A DNA stretch of 64,000 nucleotides from a virus (IMGVR_UViG_3300028805_000046:64001-128000); one strand, 5' to 3'. Shown: positions 44,808-54,728, counted from the stretch's first letter. A program made the numbers and translations. Notes: generated from the letters alone by a model not told the origin.

Positions 44808-47800
44808 ATGAAAAGACTAATGATTCTTGTTATGGCTTTCATCTTAGCTGCGGTAGGCGCACCAGTGGAGCCTTTCAGCTACGGCGACGTAGTAGACAAT
44901 CAAAAGCAGTATGAATACATGCTTCAATATAAGTTGTTCGGTGAAGATTATCTCAAGATTGGTAAGAACGACAACATCACCGACAAGTCAGGATGGAATG
45001 GTTCAGCGAACTACATTTCCATCAAAGATGAAGTTACTCTCGGTGGTCCAATTCTTGCAGGAACGACTATTTCAGCAGGCAACGGTCTCAAATCACTTAC
45101 TGGACCGATTATCGCAAAGTCATTTACGATGGGAAATGACAATGGCTCATATTTGCCTGGCACAATGTGCCTTGAAGACGTAAATGTATCGTCTACTGTC
45201 GAGACAATCGTAAAACGCTCTGAAGGCGTCATTGTAGACGCATGTCCACTAGAAGCAGATCCGCCCGTTGACTTGTCTATTCCGACTATTTCATGGCCTG
45301 ACACAATTACGCAGTCTATCATAATTCAAGATAGAGAGAAAAAGATCATTGACATTCCAGATACTGACTATTATGACATCTATCTAAACAAAATCAGTAC
45401 TGGAACTGAAGATACTTTGTTTGTCAGAATGAAAGATGGTGGAACTATCACTAGATTCTTTGTCAAGGACGGAATTACTTTAGGAAACCATACGGTCATT
45501 AAAGTAATGTACCGAACTGCTGATGGCGACTCCATTCTTTCACAGGATAGATACCGCGGCAACCTCATGTTCTATACTACTAGCGATTTTACCTTAAAGA
45601 ACTCTGACAACAAGCAGGGCGCTTTACAAGGAACCTTCATATCTACGGCTAAAATCAGTCTTATCTCGAACATCAACTTCGCTGGACAGTTGATTGCGAA
45701 GGAACTTGAGATTGGTGACGATTTTGATGGTAAGAATTTCCGCTTCGTAAAGTTTGACCCTGACACAATTGATGTAAGACTTGATAAGTACGGCGGACTT
45801 CGTGAAAATGACACTACTGTAATTATCCCGATTGAGCTCTCTGACACAACTAACATCAATGTATTCTTCAACTACTGCTTTGACCTTAAGGACGGGGTGA
45901 CTGTCACTGACTTTAACATTCCGCCTGAGCTTCCGCTCTGTAACAATGGCGAGACAAAGGAAGCAGTAATTGCGATTGGCAGCAAAGTGCCTACTGAGCA
46001 GATTAAGATTAATGTCAAGAAAGACACTATCATTGAAAATGAATACTTGACAATGCGCATTGACAGTATCTCAGGCGCTATCCTGCCAAATGGTAAGACT
46101 GCCGGCGAATTGAGAATTAAGATCATTGATGCAGACTTCAGCAAAAAGCTTGGATTTGACTCCACAGCGGTTTACACATTCCCTGAGAATAAGCTCGGAA
46201 TTGTTGATACATTGAAGATCGTCAATTTCACAGATTCAGTAAGATTCCATCTTGACTCGGCATATACTGACCGATACAAGCTAGATTCAGTGACTGGTGT
46301 TTTGGAACTCGTCAAATATCCGCTTGACTTCGAGAAGAAACAGCTAGACTACATCGCAGTTTCTTTGACAGATACGAATGGATTGGTGGTTTATGACACA
46401 TTGAAGATTCACGTCATTGATGAAAATGAAAAACCAATCGTAAATGACCAGAATTTCGAGTTCTATGAGAACACAAAGCCTGGCTCTACTGTTGGTATCA
46501 TCAAATGGGAAGATCTTGACAACTTTGACGATTTCAGAAACAACGTAATCTTGCCGGTTGACTTGCCTGAAGAATTTAAGCTCCTTTCATCTGGCGCTGT
46601 ACAAGTAACCAAATGGCTAGACTTTGAGAAGGACCCACACGAGTTCACCTTTCGTGTTATCGTTAAAGATGGACTTGAAGATGCTCTGGCAGACACAGCC
46701 TCAATCACAATATCCTTGCTTAACCTTAATGAAGCACCTGTTTCTAAAGATACTACATTTAAGTTCCCTGAGAACAAAATTGGAACGGTGGGACAGATTG
46801 TTGCTTCCGATCCTGAAGGTAAGGATTTGACATATTCTATTGAAGAAGATGTGCCGTTTAAGATTGACGCAGATGGCAAGATCACGAATACGAAGGAGTT
46901 TGACTACGAAGACACAACTTCTTATACATTCACTGTTAATGTAAGTGATGATTCATACATTACTCCTGTCACAGTGACTGTTCAGATTACGAATGTCAAT
47001 GAGCCTGTTCATGCAAATGACACTACGTTCACTGTGCCTGAATACAAGAAAGGCGACATTGGTAAAGTGACTGCCTGGGATGAAGACAAGACTCCTGTTC
47101 AGTTCTCGGTAACCGATACTTCTAAGTACTCGATTGATAAGACTGGCAACTTGTTCTTGAAAGAGCCTTATGACTATACGAAGACAAAAGCAGACACTGT
47201 GGAAGTCATCGCTACTGATGGAACATTCAGTGATACTGCTAAGGTGATTGTTAAAGTAACCAATGTGAATGATCCTCCAGCGCTTCAACCAAACGATACT
47301 TTGGCCGTTCCTGAAAACTGCAAGAACTGTCAAGTAGGCGTGATTGTGGCGACTGACAAGGATGGTGACCCTATTAAGTACAGTGTTATTGAGAAAGGAT
47401 TCACAATAGATTCCGCTGGCGTGCTTAAGGTGACTGAACCACTTGATTTTGAGAAGACCAAGAAAGTCTTGATTACAGTGACCGCAACAGATCCTTCTGG
47501 TGCTGCTGACACTGCGACTTACGTCGTAAAGGTCACTGACTTAAATGAAAAGGCTTGGGTCAAAGACACTACATTTACAGTCCCTGAAAATGACACTACC
47601 AGCTGGAAGGTCACAGGAGGTGACGAGGATGGAGACCATCTTAAATATTCTATCTCTGATAGTCTTACTTACGGTATCACTGATGTTGGCGTTATTACAA
47701 TAAAGAAACCGTTTGACTATGAGAAGAAAAACAAAGACACAGTGACTGTATATGTTGATGATGGAAGAGGATCTCGTGATTCTGCTAAGATTGTCATCAA

Positions 47801-49547
47801 TGTTAAAGATGTGCCTGAAAATCTTGAAATAACTGATATTGATGATAAGCCTAGACAGGATACTATCAGAACCAATAAGCCAGATCACAAGATTGACTAT
47901 AAAGAATGCGAAGGAGCTAAATGCAAGTACGAAGAAAAGCCAGTTGAAACTCATCACGACACAACTGTGACTATCTGTACTGTCAAAGGCACTTCCTGCG
48001 ATTCAGTCTTTATCTTGTTTAATGACAAGCCGCCGGTAGTTACTTTGTCAAAGCCAGACAACACAACTGACTACATTGACTACATCACTATTGAGGAAGA
48101 AAAGGACGACAAGATCTACATCAATAAAGCAGTAAATGAATTAACTGTTACTGTGGCTGACACTGTGCATCGCACAAAGGAGACGTTCCCAGTAACCGTA
48201 AATCTTGACACTGTGAAGAATGTAGCTAAGGAGATTAAAGATTACGATTACGTCATCAATGAAAAGCTAGCACAGTCCACTGACATTGGTGGAGGTCTAA
48301 TTGAAATGACTGAAGAAATCAATGGTGTGAAAGTGACTGTCTATCTTGATGCAAAGACAAATAAGAGAAAGGACACTACTCAGACAATTTCTTACACCAA
48401 GAAAATTGGTGGAAAGGAAGTAACTATCTCTTACATCACTGATGATTTCGGTCAGCGAGTATCTAACTACTTTGTTTCATACAAGACTGACGATGCGACT
48501 ACTGTAACTTACGCCCTTGATGACAAGAAGAAGATCATTAAGAATAAAGACAACAACATCGCATACGAAATCAAGTATGAATATCTTGATGCCTTCGGCA
48601 ATAAGGCAGCTGCCCAAATAGATGTAGTCTTTGACAACATTCCGCCGGTAGTCGAGATTCTTAAACCTACGAAAGATGAAACAGTCAACAGAAATTCAGT
48701 CGCGGTAAAGTGGACAGTAAATGGAGAAGTTCAAGATACTTTGACATTGCAGCGACTTGAGCGTGGACTCAACAAAGTCATTAGACGATATGTTGATAAA
48801 GCCGGCAACGCTGCTGCTGACACGGTATTCGTATTCATGAAGGAAGCAAAGGACATTGACATTGAACTCATCAATCCTGTAACAAGAATAGACCAAGACA
48901 AAGTTGATGAATACTATAAAGATCATAAGTACGATAGAAAGAATCCAGCGACTGTTCAGACAGTAGGTGAAAATGACACTATTCCTGAACCAATCGGAAT
49001 TGGATTTAAGGTTGACATTCGTCTTCCTTCTGCATCGCCTACTGGCGGTCTAGCTACTCTTGATGACATCGTCCGAAATGGTCAGATTCCAGTTGATGAC
49101 AATGGAAATGTAGTAGGCGCTTCTACTATCACCATTCCAGTTTCACAATACGTTGATGAACACTGCACTGATGATTTCAAGAAGGACTATAAGAAGAATG
49201 GTCTGAATGTTCCATTGTATGATGTAACTTACAGCCTTCACTTGTGGGTCTATACAACTACTGCAAACTTCGTAAATGACTTCAAAGTTGATTACAAGTT
49301 GAATGATGAAACGAATGTAACTTCTGCTGGCACCGTTCAGATGGTTATTGACTGGATGTCAGATACTGATGGACACGTCAAGGCAAAGAATGGACATGCC
49401 CTTGGAACTGGTTCTTACATAACTAAGCTTTTCAGTACTTCTGATGCAAGACATCGCTGCGACTTCCAGAATACAAAGAAAGGCAAAAGAACAGTTCGGA
49501 AAGACGAATCTACTAAAGTATTCGGATATAAGAGACCTAACAAGTAA
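44808..49547 (+). CDS. Secreted cadherin-repeat protein with Fibrobacter-style C-terminal domain
   Basis: Signal peptide; about six cadherin repeats (PEN, (L/F)D(F/Y)E, N/D.NE.P); C-terminus ...GTGSYI...FGYKRP. Confidence 0.85.
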   Translation: MKRLMILVMAFILAAVGAPVEPFSYGDVVDNQKQYEYMLQYKLFGEDYLKIGKNDNITDKSGWNGSANYISIKDEVTLGGPILAGTTISAGNGLKSLTGPIIAKSFTMGNDNGSYLPGTMCLEDVNVSSTVETIVKRSEGVIVDACPLEADPPVDLSIPTISWPDTITQSIIIQDREKKIIDIPDTDYYDIYLNKISTGTEDTLFVRMKDGGTITRFFVKDGITLGNHTVIKVMYRTADGDSILSQDRYRGNLMFYTTSDFTLKNSDNKQGALQGTFISTAKISLISNINFAGQLIAKELEIGDDFDGKNFRFVKFDPDTIDVRLDKYGGLRENDTTVIIPIELSDTTNINVFFNYCFDLKDGVTVTDFNIPPELPLCNNGETKEAVIAIGSKVPTEQIKINVKKDTIIENEYLTMRIDSISGAILPNGKTAGELRIKIIDADFSKKLGFDSTAVYTFPENKLGIVDTLKIVNFTDSVRFHLDSAYTDRYKLDSVTGVLELVKYPLDFEKKQLDYIAVSLTDTNGLVVYDTLKIHVIDENEKPIVNDQNFEFYENTKPGSTVGIIKWEDLDNFDDFRNNVILPVDLPEEFKLLSSGAVQVTKWLDFEKDPHEFTFRVIVKDGLEDALADTASITISLLNLNEAPVSKDTTFKFPENKIGTVGQIVASDPEGKDLTYSIEEDVPFKIDADGKITNTKEFDYEDTTSYTFTVNVSDDSYITPVTVTVQITNVNEPVHANDTTFTVPEYKKGDIGKVTAWDEDKTPVQFSVTDTSKYSIDKTGNLFLKEPYDYTKTKADTVEVIATDGTFSDTAKVIVKVTNVNDPPALQPNDTLAVPENCKNCQVGVIVATDKDGDPIKYSVIEKGFTIDSAGVLKVTEPLDFEKTKKVLITVTATDPSGAADTATYVVKVTDLNEKAWVKDTTFTVPENDTTSWKVTGGDEDGDHLKYSISDSLTYGITDVGVITIKKPFDYEKKNKDTVTVYVDDGRGSRDSAKIVINVKDVPENLEITDIDDKPRQDTIRTNKPDHKIDYKECEGAKCKYEEKPVETHHDTTVTICTVKGTSCDSVFILFNDKPPVVTLSKPDNTTDYIDYITIEEEKDDKIYINKAVNELTVTVADTVHRTKETFPVTVNLDTVKNVAKEIKDYDYVINEKLAQSTDIGGGLIEMTEEINGVKVTVYLDAKTNKRKDTTQTISYTKKIGGKEVTISYITDDFGQRVSNYFVSYKTDDATTVTYALDDKKKIIKNKDNNIAYEIKYEYLDAFGNKAAAQIDVVFDNIPPVVEILKPTKDETVNRNSVAVKWTVNGEVQDTLTLQRLERGLNKVIRRYVDKAGNAAADTVFVFMKEAKDIDIELINPVTRIDQDKVDEYYKDHKYDRKNPATVQTVGENDTIPEPIGIGFKVDIRLPSASPTGGLATLDDIVRNGQIPVDDNGNVVGASTITIPVSQYVDEHCTDDFKKDYKKNGLNVPLYDVTYSLHLWVYTTTANFVNDFKVDYKLNDETNVTSAGTVQMVIDWMSDTDGHVKAKNGHALGTGSYITKLFSTSDARHRCDFQNTKKGKRTVRKDESTKVFGYKRPNK

Positions 49548-49632
49548 AGAAAGAAAATCATAAATTTTGAAAAGGTGGGGTTTACAAGACTCCGCCTTTT
49601 TATTATTTTTGAACTAACAAGGAGTTTAACCA

Positions 49633-50130
49633 ATGAACACTGATTTACAAAAAAGAATTTACGAAGCAACTGGAACTTTGATTAGAAAGGCAGCTTGCGG
49701 AGGCGGTCATCTTGACTGTTACACAAAAGACGGACGATGGGTTCGTTTCCGGCCTTTTGATTTTGACAAGAATAGGTTCAATGTAGAAATCTATAACATG
49801 GAAAGATGCTACCTTGAATGTCAAGTGCCTCTTACTGAGTCGGAACTTTGTGAGTGCATTAAAGACAATAAGATTCCCCGTCATGCTTTTATTGGTCAGA
49901 AAATCTCAATCAGTGAAAAATATTGGAAAGATGAACATCCAACCTTTTTGACTAAAGTCAGACGAGCATTCTTTCCTAGAAAAGATGAACATTGGCGTCC
50001 GGGCGATGTAACAACTATCCAATACCGCGGCATGACATTTAATGCCAAATGCGTTTATGTCTCTGAAGGATATGATGACTTGCTTTGCGGAAGTTCAGCA
50101 GCCGGAAGTGATTGGGAAATTTTAAGTTAA
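49633..50130 (+). CDS. Hypothetical protein
   Basis: AAGGAG RBS after a terminator/promoter-like stretch. Confidence 0.7.
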   Translation: MNTDLQKRIYEATGTLIRKAACGGGHLDCYTKDGRWVRFRPFDFDKNRFNVEIYNMERCYLECQVPLTESELCECIKDNKIPRHAFIGQKISISEKYWKDEHPTFLTKVRRAFFPRKDEHWRPGDVTTIQYRGMTFNAKCVYVSEGYDDLLCGSSAAGSDWEILS

Positions 50131-50158
50131 AGAAAAACACAGAAAATAGGAGAAACCT

Positions 50159-50359
50159 ATGAAGTTCAGAATTAACATCACTTACACAAGGGAATTTGAA
50201 ATCCCAGCAAATGCAACCGACGAAGAGTACGATGAAGCCAAGGCCATCGCTATGCTCGGTATGCGAAACGTTGACGTCACGAAGTTCACAAAAGTTGAAC
50301 GCATTGACACACCGGCTGCGCCGCTGCCTAAGTATGAAATCAACAAGGACTGCGACTAA
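50159..50359 (+). CDS. Small hypothetical protein (DpnD/PcfM-like pattern)
   Basis: AGGAG RBS; MKFRINITY..EFEIPA...DEA. Confidence 0.6.
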   Translation: MKFRINITYTREFEIPANATDEEYDEAKAIAMLGMRNVDVTKFTKVERIDTPAAPLPKYEINKDCD

Positions 50360-50967
50360 TGAAATATCTTGCTGCTATTAATGCACAGTGCTATTACGGC
50401 ACAGACTCACATTATGGTAAGATTGTCTTTGTTAAAGCATGCGACACGCCTGCAGAAGCAAAGACTATCATTGAAGAGACCTTGAAGAACTACAAGGTTG
50501 AAGAAGAACAGTTCACTGATAATATCACAGGCTGGAAAGACAATGAACTTCGTTACGTCTATCCAGAAGAATATGATGAAGTCAAAGTTTCTGACACAGA
50601 AGAATCTTGCGCCTTTGCTGCTAGCATTCTTGAATTTGACGAAAAGAACGGCGACTACTTGCTTCTTGCGCATTCATGCTTTGATGGTCCTGCAACTCCT
50701 ATCATTAAAGCACAAGGCGCTGCTTTACAGTGCAGAATTCATTCTGACCTTTACCTCAAGAAAATGCGTGAAGAAATGGATAGCTACCGCGATCTTGATG
50801 AAGCACAGTCTGACTCGCCTATTCTTGAAGCAGACCAATATGACAAGGCTTGGGAAATTGGTTATGCCTGGGTAAAGAATCCAACTGGCATTAACTTGAT
50901 TGACGGTTGCGAAGGCGTAGCTCTTTCCACTTCCATCGTTAACTGGAAAGAAGGCAAAGTTCTTTAA
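50359..50967 (+). CDS. Hypothetical protein
   Basis: TAATG coupling. Confidence 0.7.
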   Translation: MKYLAAINAQCYYGTDSHYGKIVFVKACDTPAEAKTIIEETLKNYKVEEEQFTDNITGWKDNELRYVYPEEYDEVKVSDTEESCAFAASILEFDEKNGDYLLLAHSCFDGPATPIIKAQGAALQCRIHSDLYLKKMREEMDSYRDLDEAQSDSPILEADQYDKAWEIGYAWVKNPTGINLIDGCEGVALSTSIVNWKEGKVL

Positions 50968-50992
50968 TTTTTGTCAATTTTTATCTAACAGA

Positions 50993-51019
50993 GAGGGACA
51001 CTGATGTGTCCCTCTTTTT
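50993..51019 (+). terminator. Rho-independent terminator
   Basis: GAGGGACAC-TGAT-GTGTCCCTC followed by TTTTT. Confidence 0.8.
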
Positions 51020-51166
51020 AGTGTATATTTCAGGCAAAGTCCTAATTTTCCATTCTTAAATTTCGTCAAAAAACGTCATTTTATTACACATTTTTGTGTA
51101 ATTCGTCCGAGATTCTTACGAAATTCGTAAATACGGTCAATTATACGGAAATCGTCAATATTACAC

Positions 51167-51193
51167 AAAAAGCGGGTTTTTCGCCCGCTTTTT
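51167..51193. terminator. Bidirectional terminator serving the minus-strand gene
   Basis: AAAAAGCGGG...CCCGCTTTTT. Confidence 0.75.
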
Positions 51194-51215
51194 CTTGTTT
51201 TGATTTCTGTGTATT

Positions 51216-52514
51216 TTATTCGTTAATTTCTTCGCCTTTAAGAAGTTTTGAAACTGCCTCTGAAGCCATGATTGCTTCATTGATGATATTGATGACTTCG
51301 GCGAGTGTCTTTACTTTAAAGTACTTCTGATTGACTGCATTATAGATTGCTCTAATCTTGTACTCAAAGCCTTGGTTATAAATGAGGTAACGGCAGTTAG
51401 GAGTATTGACAGTCACGCAGTCAGGCGAAACTCCGATAGGAGCATTTATCTTCTTTTCAAGAACCTTTGCGATATTCTGATATTCCTGAAGTGCAGACTG
51501 TCTTGCTGCCTTCAAGTCGCTTTCAGTAGATGGGTTCTTGTACCCAGGTTCTGTAACTCTTCGCATTGCGAGTTCAGAAGGATCGTTTGAGGTTCTACGT
51601 ACTTGACGTGGTCCAAGCTCAGTGACCTTCTTTGCCCAAGCAGGCTTACGGCCTTGGTTCAACATTCTGATGTCACGTGAACTTGGTGTCCAGTCATTTG
51701 CTTCATCGAGATTAAGATCGTTTACATTCATTGTGCTCTCCAATTTTATTCCATCAAATTCTTTAAGGTTTTTTGCTTTTCGTATAAGTGCCTTTATTGG
51801 GTCAACTTCTTTCTTTTTCTTTTTCTTTGGACGCCATTCTTCTTTCCATTCATAATCAAAGTCTTCACGTTCAACTTTTGTAATGAACTGAGGCGGAATG
51901 TTGTTTACAAGAAATGCGCCATCAAGCGTAGTTGGGTCAGGATAAAGTTTATATCCTTTAGGAATAAGAATCTTATAAAGATAAGTATGACCAGTTGGGC
52001 TATCATGCTCGTTAGAGACCATTGTGTTGGCGTGGTCAATAGAATCTTCATCAAACATTACATAAATTCGTCCGTGGTAAATGTCAAAGTCAGGATCTTT
52101 TTCCCTGCTTCTGCAACGAATGCCTTTGACATCAAGGTCGCCAATTGGACTGACGTGCCAAGCAACTCTAAGTCCAGACTTTTCATCAAATACGAAATTG
52201 TCATCATGTAATGAATCTTCTGGCGAAAAGTTATCAGGAGTTATCCATACATCGCTTTTATGGAAGCTAGCAAGAAATCCACAAGCAGCACAAATTTCAG
52301 CCAATCGTTCTTTCTTGATGTAACGATAAATGCTTCTTCTAAAGATGATAATGTCATCGCCCATATTTGACGATGGATCTTCAAATTCCTCTGACGACTT
52401 ATCAAAAGGCTCTAGCTCGTGGTCAATCATTCGGTAAAACTTGTAACGATTGCCGTACAATGACTCGACTAGGCTTCCTTTAGCGTATTCTGTAAATGTC
52501 TGATTGTCTAACAT
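51216..52514 (-). CDS. Late protein with an ADP-ribosyltransferase-like central domain
   Basis: AWHVSP...GI...GRIYV...LYKI...DP...NIPPQFI; only long minus-strand gene; TATAAATA ends 6 nt before ATG. Confidence 0.55.
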   Translation of the reverse strand: MLDNQTFTEYAKGSLVESLYGNRYKFYRMIDHELEPFDKSSEEFEDPSSNMGDDIIIFRRSIYRYIKKERLAEICAACGFLASFHKSDVWITPDNFSPEDSLHDDNFVFDEKSGLRVAWHVSPIGDLDVKGIRCRSREKDPDFDIYHGRIYVMFDEDSIDHANTMVSNEHDSPTGHTYLYKILIPKGYKLYPDPTTLDGAFLVNNIPPQFITKVEREDFDYEWKEEWRPKKKKKKEVDPIKALIRKAKNLKEFDGIKLESTMNVNDLNLDEANDWTPSSRDIRMLNQGRKPAWAKKVTELGPRQVRRTSNDPSELAMRRVTEPGYKNPSTESDLKAARQSALQEYQNIAKVLEKKINAPIGVSPDCVTVNTPNCRYLIYNQGFEYKIRAIYNAVNQKYFKVKTLAEVINIINEAIMASEAVSKLLKGEEINE

Positions 52515-52520
52515 ACAATT

Positions 52521-52532
52521 TATTTATAAATA
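52521..52532. promoter_or_regulatory. Palindromic bidirectional late promoter
   Basis: TATTTATAAATA reads TATAAATA on both strands between divergent genes. Confidence 0.7.
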
Positions 52533-52555
52533 GTTTGTATTAAGAGGTGATTTGA

Positions 52556-53458
52556 ATGTTTAAGAGAAACGAAAATTTGCGTGGCGGTGGTGAACGAATC
52601 CCGATGACGCCAGAACAACTTCAGGAGTACTTGAAATGCAAGCACTCGATCTTCCACTTTGCGAAGTACTTTACTATTATCGCAGCCGATGGTGAACACC
52701 CAATTAAATTGCGTGAATATCAGGAACGATTGGTAAAAGCGATTACGATGAAAGTTCCTGAAAAGAACAACCGAATCATTATGATGGGTCGTCAGTCAGG
52801 TAAGACTACTATAGCTACCCTCTATCTTACATGGTTCGCACTGTTCAATAAGTCAAAGACGATTGCGATTCTTGCAAACAAGGCAGAACAGGCAAACGAA
52901 ATTATGCTCCGTATTCAGCAGGCGTACATGAACCTTCCGCTTTGGCTGCAGCAAGGCATTATGAAGTGGAACCAAGGCGAGATCATTCTTGAAAATAAGT
53001 GCCGAATGTTCTCTGCTGCATCTTCATCTTCATCAATCCGTGGTAAGACCGTTGACCTTGAACTAGTGGACGAGTTTGCTCACCTTGATGACAACGTTGC
53101 TGACGCATTCATGCTTTCAGTTTTCCCGACGCAGTCTTCGCGTCCTGACTCGATGTTGTTGCTTATTTCAACGCCTAAGGGTATGAACCACTTCTACGAC
53201 ATCTGGCAAAAGGCCAAGGCTGGTAGAAATTCATTCATTCCTTGTAAAGTTCAGTGGTACGAAATTGAAGGCCGTGATGAAGCTTGGAAGGAAAGAGTTA
53301 TCCGAGATAACGGTAAGCGATTCTTCGAGCAGGAATTTAACTGCCTTACTGGTGACCAGCTTGTAACTGTTCAAGACGACGATGGCCACGTCAAGACTGT
53401 TCCTATCGCTGACATTTACGAATGGTACAATGATCTAGCTGATTTGCAGCGTGAATAA
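52556..53458 (+). CDS. terL: Large terminase subunit, ATPase half (gp17-like), fused to a 38-aa N-intein
   Basis: LREYQ, GRQSGKTT, ILANK, IRG, LVDEFAH, ISTPKGMNHFY, FEQEFN|CLTGDQLVTV...*; nuclease domain absent. Confidence 0.92.
   Translation: MFKRNENLRGGGERIPMTPEQLQEYLKCKHSIFHFAKYFTIIAADGEHPIKLREYQERLVKAITMKVPEKNNRIIMMGRQSGKTTIATLYLTWFALFNKSKTIAILANKAEQANEIMLRIQQAYMNLPLWLQQGIMKWNQGEIILENKCRMFSAASSSSSIRGKTVDLELVDEFAHLDDNVADAFMLSVFPTQSSRPDSMLLLISTPKGMNHFYDIWQKAKAGRNSFIPCKVQWYEIEGRDEAWKERVIRDNGKRFFEQEFNCLTGDQLVTVQDDDGHVKTVPIADIYEWYNDLADLQRE
53342..53455 (+). other. Split intein N-fragment (38 aa); partner not in window
   Basis: Block A CLTGDQLVTV...KTVPIADIY at the TerL QEFx|C site. Confidence 0.8.
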
Positions 53459-53465
53459 ATAAAAC

Positions 53466-53783
53466 ATGGAAAATATCACATATAGAACAAGTTTGCTTAA
53501 GACTGAAACGGTTGATGGTATAGTCCAGAAGGATCTTGGGTCTATGAACTTCGGCGATTTTGATTTCGGCGAAGATCGTTGGTACAGATGTTCTTGGATG
53601 GACGTCGGGAGACCAGATAGAATTTCAAAGATCATTTACGGGACTACCAACTACTGGCACTTTCTTATGTGGTACAACGGCATTAGTGATGTTTGGAATG
53701 ATATTCGTGAAGACATGCTTATCAAATATCCAAACATCAATCTTGTGCGTGAAGCATTTAAGAATTATGGAGTAAAAGAATAA
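53466..53783 (+). CDS. Baseplate wedge protein (gp53-like)
   Basis: GRPDRISKIIYG...YW..LM.YNGI. Confidence 0.7.
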   Translation: MENITYRTSLLKTETVDGIVQKDLGSMNFGDFDFGEDRWYRCSWMDVGRPDRISKIIYGTTNYWHFLMWYNGISDVWNDIREDMLIKYPNINLVREAFKNYGVKE

Positions 53784-54172
53784 TGGACGTAAAGAAGGCA
53801 GTTGATTTACTCATAAAAGAAGGCGCTATCGTAGAGCGTCCTTTAAGTGAAACCGTTGATTTCTTGAAAAAGAACGGCTGTGAAGTTCTTAATGAAAATG
53901 AAATGGCAAAATATCTTATGGACAGAGTCTATCAAGTAGCGACTGAGATTTACGCACGAGAGATTGACGAAAACGTGCCCGATTTGGATGGTTCTAACCA
54001 GCCTTCTCGTGAATATTTGGAGCGATTTGATTATCTATCTGACAATTTAAAAAATGCGGTCAAAAGGGCGTCTGTGGCCTTACAAAACGATTTGAAATCT
54101 CAGGGTATTGACATCAACATTCAGAATATCCAAAACGAAATCTATGGCGCATTGAAACTTTACAGTAAATAA
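53783..54172 (+). CDS. LNEA-leader family protein with duplicated leader
   Basis: AVDLLIKEGAIVE and LSETVDFLKKNGCEVLNE. Confidence 0.65.
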   Translation: MDVKKAVDLLIKEGAIVERPLSETVDFLKKNGCEVLNENEMAKYLMDRVYQVATEIYAREIDENVPDLDGSNQPSREYLERFDYLSDNLKNAVKRASVALQNDLKSQGIDINIQNIQNEIYGALKLYSK

Positions 54173-54196
54173 ATATTTTAACAAAGGAGAAATAAT

Positions 54197-54673
54197 ATGG
54201 AATGCCGTGTTAGCGATGAATACATCAGAAATGCAGTACGTTTTCTTAAGGAAGACTACGATGAAGAAACACCAGCTTCTGTTGATGACAATCCAGGCGT
54301 CCCAGGCGTGGCAGACGAATTTGAGCTTGATGATCTAAACCTCGAAGAACCCGAAGGTGAAGAAACAGAAACTTGCGTTGACTGTCCTGACTGTGGCGGA
54401 ACTGGAAAGGTCACCGATGAAGATGGCAACGAAGTTGACTGTGAAACTTGCGGAGGCGAAGGATGCGTTGCAGTTGAAGACGCAGAATTTGACTTTGACC
54501 CATCTACTGGCGTTTGCCCGTGCTGTGGTTGCAAGTTGAATGTCATTGACCCATCCGCTGAAAGTCTTGCAGGCGAGGAAGAAGTCCCACCTGCCGGAGA
54601 GGAAGTTCCTCCCGAAGACGGACTTGAAGACGGTTTGGAATCAGATGATCTAAACTTCGAAGAAGATCAGTAA
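54197..54673 (+). CDS. Highly acidic protein with DnaJ-type zinc-finger repeats
   Basis: CPDCGGTG, CETCGGEG, CPCCG; late box and AAGGAG upstream. Confidence 0.7.
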   Translation: MECRVSDEYIRNAVRFLKEDYDEETPASVDDNPGVPGVADEFELDDLNLEEPEGEETETCVDCPDCGGTGKVTDEDGNEVDCETCGGEGCVAVEDAEFDFDPSTGVCPCCGCKLNVIDPSAESLAGEEEVPPAGEEVPPEDGLEDGLESDDLNFEEDQ

Positions 54674-54693
54674 TAAAGAAAAATCATTCTTAT

Positions 54694-54728
54694 AAAACCG
54701 CGGACAAAATCTGCGGTTTTTCTTTTTT
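54694..54728 (+). terminator. Rho-independent terminator
   Basis: AAAACCGCGGA...TCTGCGGTTTT followed by a T-rich tail. Confidence 0.75.

Noticed and set aside
46100-47830. Diversity-generating retroelement or DNA repeat array in the cadherin gene
   Set aside because: The repeats are diverged protein-domain repeats; no reverse transcriptase or adenine-specific TR/VR pair was seen.
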